From: a virus
DNA: 64,000 bases
Direction: 5' to 3' (one strand)
Virus record (IMG/VR): IMGVR_UViG_3300025585_000040
Location: 1-64,000 of that record
The position numbers and the translations under genes were made by a program. The notes under the pieces are model-generated. The model was not told where the DNA came from. It saw nothing but the letters and a program-made list of their open reading frames with translations, and did no database searches. Positions 59,927 through 64,000 of this stretch are shown piece after piece (position 1 is the stretch's first letter; each line of letters opens with the position of its first letter).

Positions 59927-60524
59927 AACTACCTCTGGTTTTCAGATAATTTAAAGAGTTTTCCAATGTAATTATGCTATCACCCAATAATCCAATTCCC
60001 CGGTTACAGTTTCTGCATAAGAGTCCGCGCACATCTCCAGTTTCATGGTTGTGGTCGACGACTAAACCTTGAGTTGGCTTTGGTGGCGTACAGCAAATTG
60101 CACAGGCACCGTTTTGGGCCTCGAGCATAACCTCATACTGATCTTTAGTTATTCCATGTCGGTGATATTTTTTATAGTCCTCGTGACACTTTCTGTCTGA
60201 TTCAAGTTTTTTGTCCTTGTATTCCGGGTGTAAATCAACCCATTTACCCCATGCGCGGGAAGAGCATTCTTTGCATTTAGACCTTAAGTACCTCTTCCCG
60301 TCTTGAACGCGATAAGAGAACTGATCCCACTGAAGAATTCTTTTGCACGCACTACATTCCTTTTTCCCTGAGGTACCGTACAGTTCTACCAGACGGACGT
60401 GAACACTGGATTTACAGTTTCTGCAAACGGTATCGCGTCTTACAGCACCGGTCTTAGTTTTACCTTTTGAATGAAAAAGGTCGTAAGGCAGCGCTTTCTT
60501 ACATTCTTTACAGGTCTTAAGCAT
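59919..60524 (-). mobile_element. Endonuclease VII-family putative homing endonuclease
   Basis: Two CxxC-rich N-terminal repeats; QNGACAIC..VVDHNHETGDVRGLLCRNCNRGIG. Confidence 0.88.
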
Positions 60525-60561
60525 GCGCCTTTCGGATTTTTAAAATCCTAGCACAAAAAGC

Positions 60562-61212
60562 TCAAGTCATTAATTGTTGATTTTGGCCAAATGCCGAAGT
60601 TAGAAGTGCAGCAGGATCAATCATTGATTTAATCTGCGGCTGCTGAGAGATTAAAGAATTTTGAATATAAGACGAAAGGAAATCAGCCCCTGGCTCCTCT
60701 TCTTTCTTTTTACGTCCACCCATAACGTAAATATAAGTATCTCCGCCTTGAGTAGATGCTTGCGGAGGAGATTGAGCTACGGATTCTGCTGGCTTACCTC
60801 CTTTCGTATGGAGAAGACGAATCTCGTAAGGCTTACCCTCAATATCCGTAGTTTTAATCGTACCGTAGCCTTTCCCAGGGGTGAATGTGCCTGGACCTTC
60901 CCAAGTCAGTGGAGTCTTAGCGGCGATTGCATAATCTTGCCCCATGTGTTGAGTCGAGGCTCCAGCTGTTGGGGCTGTACGTTTGCCGAAGGGAGAAGTA
61001 ATTGTGAAGCTTGGCTTCCATTCCTCTCCCTGTTGCTGCCAAAGTGCCTTCTGCTCTTTACCTACCTTCAATCGGGTTAGAAGTGAGCGTATAGTACCTG
61101 GATCAATATACTTACCGTCCTTTAGTACACGGACATCCAGGTGCGGTCCTGTGGTGGGGAAAATATCCTCACCAGGGGCAGCAACGTAACCTACGTCCAG
61201 CCGTGAAGTCAC
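60562..61212 (-). CDS. M23 peptidase-like virion protein with permuted motif order
   Basis: TTGPHLDVR precedes ITSPFG.R..HMGQDY. Confidence 0.6.
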   Translation of the reverse strand: MTSRLDVGYVAAPGEDIFPTTGPHLDVRVLKDGKYIDPGTIRSLLTRLKVGKEQKALWQQQGEEWKPSFTITSPFGKRTAPTAGASTQHMGQDYAIAAKTPLTWEGPGTFTPGKGYGTIKTTDIEGKPYEIRLLHTKGGKPAESVAQSPPQASTQGGDTYIYVMGGRKKKEEEPGADFLSSYIQNSLISQQPQIKSMIDPAALLTSAFGQNQQLMT

Positions 61213-61835
61213 TACTGTTCTCCTCCAAGGTAGTTAGGAGTTTGGAACATTGCCTGTGTCAAAACAGACACAGGATCGAAGCCAGTGTCAATCTTCTTCG
61301 GTGCACGTTCCACTAAAGAAGCTAAATTCTGTAAGCCATCGAATCCTGGCTTGAACTTATCTGTATAACCGCGTAAAAAATCAAGTCCTGGATCTTCACC
61401 ATAAATGATGTACGTATTTCCTTTCGGACCTGCTGCAACTCGTTCAGGCTTTTGCGTCGGTTGCTGCTGTCCTAGTTGTTGAACCGCTTGTTGAGCTTGA
61501 GGAAGAAACTCTTTGTATTTGCCGCTTTTATAGACAGACCAAGCGCCGAGACCTTGGCTACCTAATATGCCCTTAGCGGCACGTACGTTTGTCGCAGGAT
61601 CAAAAAGCTCTTGTTCGCTTTTTAAACCAAATTGCTTCATCCGCGCTGGACCAAGCCCACCGTACATGTTCACTTGGAATAAACCGTACGATTTATCTAA
61701 GCCACGGGGATTAAAAGCTTGTGGACGGCCACCTGATTCCGCCAAAGCAATGGCAGTCATCGTAGGGATCTTTTCTTTATCAAATCCCTGTTGCTGAAGC
61801 AGAGATGCGATTTCTTGAGCTTTGAGTTGTGCCAC
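61212..61835 (-). CDS. Lytic transglycosylase (SLT-like)
   Basis: IALAESGG, SYGLFQVN, DPATNVRAA, AWSVY; GTG start at 61835 with GAGGT upstream. Confidence 0.8.
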   Translation of the reverse strand: MAQLKAQEIASLLQQQGFDKEKIPTMTAIALAESGGRPQAFNPRGLDKSYGLFQVNMYGGLGPARMKQFGLKSEQELFDPATNVRAAKGILGSQGLGAWSVYKSGKYKEFLPQAQQAVQQLGQQQPTQKPERVAAGPKGNTYIIYGEDPGLDFLRGYTDKFKPGFDGLQNLASLVERAPKKIDTGFDPVSVLTQAMFQTPNYLGGEQ

Positions 61836-61857
61836 GTTCTTATACCTCGTTACTGCA

Positions 61858-62337
61858 TCAGCGGAAGTTGGTTGCAAACATGAGCCGAGTACCGACAGCA
61901 ACATCGGCAGGACCAGGAAGCGCTTGAATGAATTCAGAACCTTCCCGGTTGAATCGATACCGAGCTTGCTCGGGATTTCGATAATTGGGGACATAAAGAT
62001 GTAGGGCTAATCGATCCGTCTCGTATATGTAAATTGCCGTCCATGTTTTCAGCGTGTCCCTAAAATCTGAAGTTGCAATCGTACGGTCAACGTCACCGGC
62101 AATACTCTCAATACGACTACGAGGAACAGTATTATTATTCACGCTGCCAGTCATATCGGTGCGTTTTTCAGCTTCGTCGCACCGATTGATCTGTTCGACA
62201 ATTTTCGAATACCAGAACGAATCTTGGATGTTGTTGACAGCTTCCTCAAGACGCGCCAGGTCACCTGCCGGAATAGACGTGGTGTTATAGCCTAGGTGCC
62301 AGCGAACCTTGGATTTGAGGAAATTATCGAGTTGCAT
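61858..62337 (-). CDS. Putative head completion/adaptor protein
   Basis: VRWHLGY N-terminus; position downstream of capsid genes. Confidence 0.45.
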   Translation of the reverse strand: MQLDNFLKSKVRWHLGYNTTSIPAGDLARLEEAVNNIQDSFWYSKIVEQINRCDEAEKRTDMTGSVNNNTVPRSRIESIAGDVDRTIATSDFRDTLKTWTAIYIYETDRLALHLYVPNYRNPEQARYRFNREGSEFIQALPGPADVAVGTRLMFATNFR

Positions 62338-62408
62338 TACTCAGAAGAATGCGTTACGGGTACATGAGGCCTAGATGTACCCAGTAACACACTAGCACGC
62401 GCAAATTA

Positions 62409-62849
62409 TCACTCGACACGTACTAAGTTGTCCTTAAAAATCTCGTCCCAATCAACACGCTTAATAGACTTCAATTGCTCAAGGCGTTGAAACTTCTCCG
62501 TAGGCAAAGAAAGCTGCAGATCCTTGATGTCACGTGCAGTTTTCAGGCCGACTCCAGGGAGGGCATCGGCAATCTGACGTGCGCTGGCAGTATTGATGTT
62601 AAGCCGGGTATCAAGGGGAAAGGTCTCCTTCTTTGTTGGCTTAGCGGGATTAACACCTTCCGCCTGCAGTTGAGCCGTCAACCGTTCCTCAGTTTTAATC
62701 TGCTCGGTAGTTGCCTCAAGATGCGGAATTAAATCCGCTTCCTCGACGTAAAGGACTTCATCTTGAGAGTCAAGGCACATGACGATTCCGTCACCATGCT
62801 TTGACACCATCTCCACTAGACCACCAGTGACACGGTATTGGTACAGCAT
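62409..62849 (-). CDS. Helix-hairpin-helix protein
   Basis: LNINTAS..LPGVGLKTA..I..F..LEQL. Confidence 0.75.
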   Translation of the reverse strand: MLYQYRVTGGLVEMVSKHGDGIVMCLDSQDEVLYVEEADLIPHLEATTEQIKTEERLTAQLQAEGVNPAKPTKKETFPLDTRLNINTASARQIADALPGVGLKTARDIKDLQLSLPTEKFQRLEQLKSIKRVDWDEIFKDNLVRVE

Positions 62850-62909
62850 CTGTGTAATTATTGTCTCTGCTTAGCCTAACAAACTACACCCACAACTTCA
62901 AGAAGGCAT

Positions 62910-62935
62910 AAAAAAACGGGCTCCGAAGAGCCCGT
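62910..62935 (-). terminator. Intrinsic terminator after capsid genes
   Basis: ACGGGCTC-TTCG-GAGCCCGT followed by a T run on the - strand. Confidence 0.9.
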
Positions 62936-62953
62936 CCTTTATTTGTAGCGTTA

Positions 62954-63772
62954 TCAGCTATCAGTACCACCAACCTGAGAAGCGAAATCAATGAACTCAT
63001 TGATGTCTTCCCAGACCACGGCGGCTGCGGGGCGCAGGTAGTTCACGCGGCAGATGATGTAGCCGGCCTTACCAGCATCCTTATCAGCCTGGCTGATGAA
63101 CACACCGTCGCCATCCACGGTGGTGGAGGTGACGCCATTCACGTTGAACACCTTGAAGGTGGTGTCAGCAGTGACCTTGTAGAACATGGAGTTCGCTGCA
63201 TCCTGGTCGTCGATACCAGCAGTGGTAACGGCGGTCCAGAAGGGCAGGTCAGCCACGGTGGTGTCGCTCAAGCCCTGAGCAAACAGCGAGCTGGTTGCAG
63301 AGATGATCGAGCTGGCAGCAGCCAGACCATTGGCTTGAGTTGCAGGCACACCGAATGGAGCACCAGCGTTGTTAGGACCGAGCAGCAGACCCTCAGTGCT
63401 GGTGCCACCGATATCGGCGGTCACAGGCGAAGCAGGGAAGCCAGCGAGGCCACCAGCAGGGATATCCTGGGCCACAGCGATAGAAGCGCCGTAGACGTAT
63501 GCAGGACGAGCCGAGCTGGCTTGCACCACGAGGGAAGTGCGGTTATCGCGCACACGATCATCGGTACGACGATCGGGAGAGGGCACGATGATGTCGAAGC
63601 TCTTGTAAGAGGCTTTGTCGGCAGAAAGGTTATCAATCTTGACGTAGCCAATCAGCTCGAAAGCTTCCACGCCAGGCCAGCCGTACACACCTTCGGTGTT
63701 GTAGGAGGAAAGGCGGTTGATCTGATTACCGGGCTGGAGAATAGCACCGGCTTCTTCTTTGTAAGCAGCCAT
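62954..63772 (-). CDS. Abundant structural protein (capsid decoration/minor capsid candidate)
   Basis: Follows the capsid gene with AGGAGG SD, ends at a terminator, biased codon use. Confidence 0.55.
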   Translation of the reverse strand: MAAYKEEAGAILQPGNQINRLSSYNTEGVYGWPGVEAFELIGYVKIDNLSADKASYKSFDIIVPSPDRRTDDRVRDNRTSLVVQASSARPAYVYGASIAVAQDIPAGGLAGFPASPVTADIGGTSTEGLLLGPNNAGAPFGVPATQANGLAAASSIISATSSLFAQGLSDTTVADLPFWTAVTTAGIDDQDAANSMFYKVTADTTFKVFNVNGVTSTTVDGDGVFISQADKDAGKAGYIICRVNYLRPAAAVVWEDINEFIDFASQVGGTDS

Positions 63773-63791
63773 TAGTTAGTTACCTCCTTTA

Positions 63792-64000
63792 TCACTCTAC
63801 GATGGTAAAGGCAGTGGTCACGAAGTCCTTGTTCAGGTTCGCGAAGCCAGCGTACAGCTGCCAAATCAGAATGATAAAGCGGCTGAAGTCGTCGTTGTTG
63901 TTGATGAGAACTTGAGCGTTCGGGCCACCGATACCCACGCCCACAGCCTGAGGGCCGAAGAACAGACCAGCAGGAGTGGTGCGAGTCGCAGCACCGCCAC
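63792..64000 (-). CDS. Probable major capsid protein, 3' end (truncated by the window)
   Basis: ..FFGPQAVGVG..NNDDFSRFIILIWQLYAGFANLN..TIVE* resembles capsid protein C-termini. Confidence 0.6.
   Translation of the reverse strand, partial: GGAATRTTPAGLFFGPQAVGVGIGGPNAQVLINNNDDFSRFIILIWQLYAGFANLNKDFVTTAFTIVE

Overview
A 64-kb segment of a tailed dsDNA bacteriophage, most likely a lytic cyanophage of Synechococcus/Cyanobium-type hosts (NblA-like genes, tRNA-Leu(UAA), Dps, 2OG-Fe(II) oxygenase, cyanophage-style tail modules). From 1 to about 31 kb it is mostly + strand: small early/accessory genes and replication or nucleotide genes (ThyX, T7-like DNA polymerase A, dCMP deaminase, SSB, PD-(D/E)XK exonuclease, primase-D5 helicase, SAM decarboxylase). 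From about 40 to 64 kb it is mostly - strand: virion and lysis genes, ending in the 3' part of the probable major capsid gene. The best lead is at 59651-60524 (-). A small conserved-looking gene is interrupted by a 27-nt stop-containing gap: TCG take-off codon, TAG stop inside a UAGCC-GUAA-GGCUA hairpin, and a matching TCG landing codon. It lies directly downstream of an endonuclease-VII-type gene, which parallels the T4 gene 60 ribosomal bypass plus MobA cassette. Other leads: two HNH genes that duplicated and recoded the 3' ends of their neighbouring genes; an array of small helical paralogs with variable loops and a conserved junction motif; four tail-protein/chaperone cassettes sharing near-identical DNA blocks; a tRNA-like RNA lacking a normal anticodon arm; and a 210-bp nested dyad-symmetric element beside a nuclease-derived DNA-binding protein. 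All product calls come from motif recognition by eye; no database searches were run.
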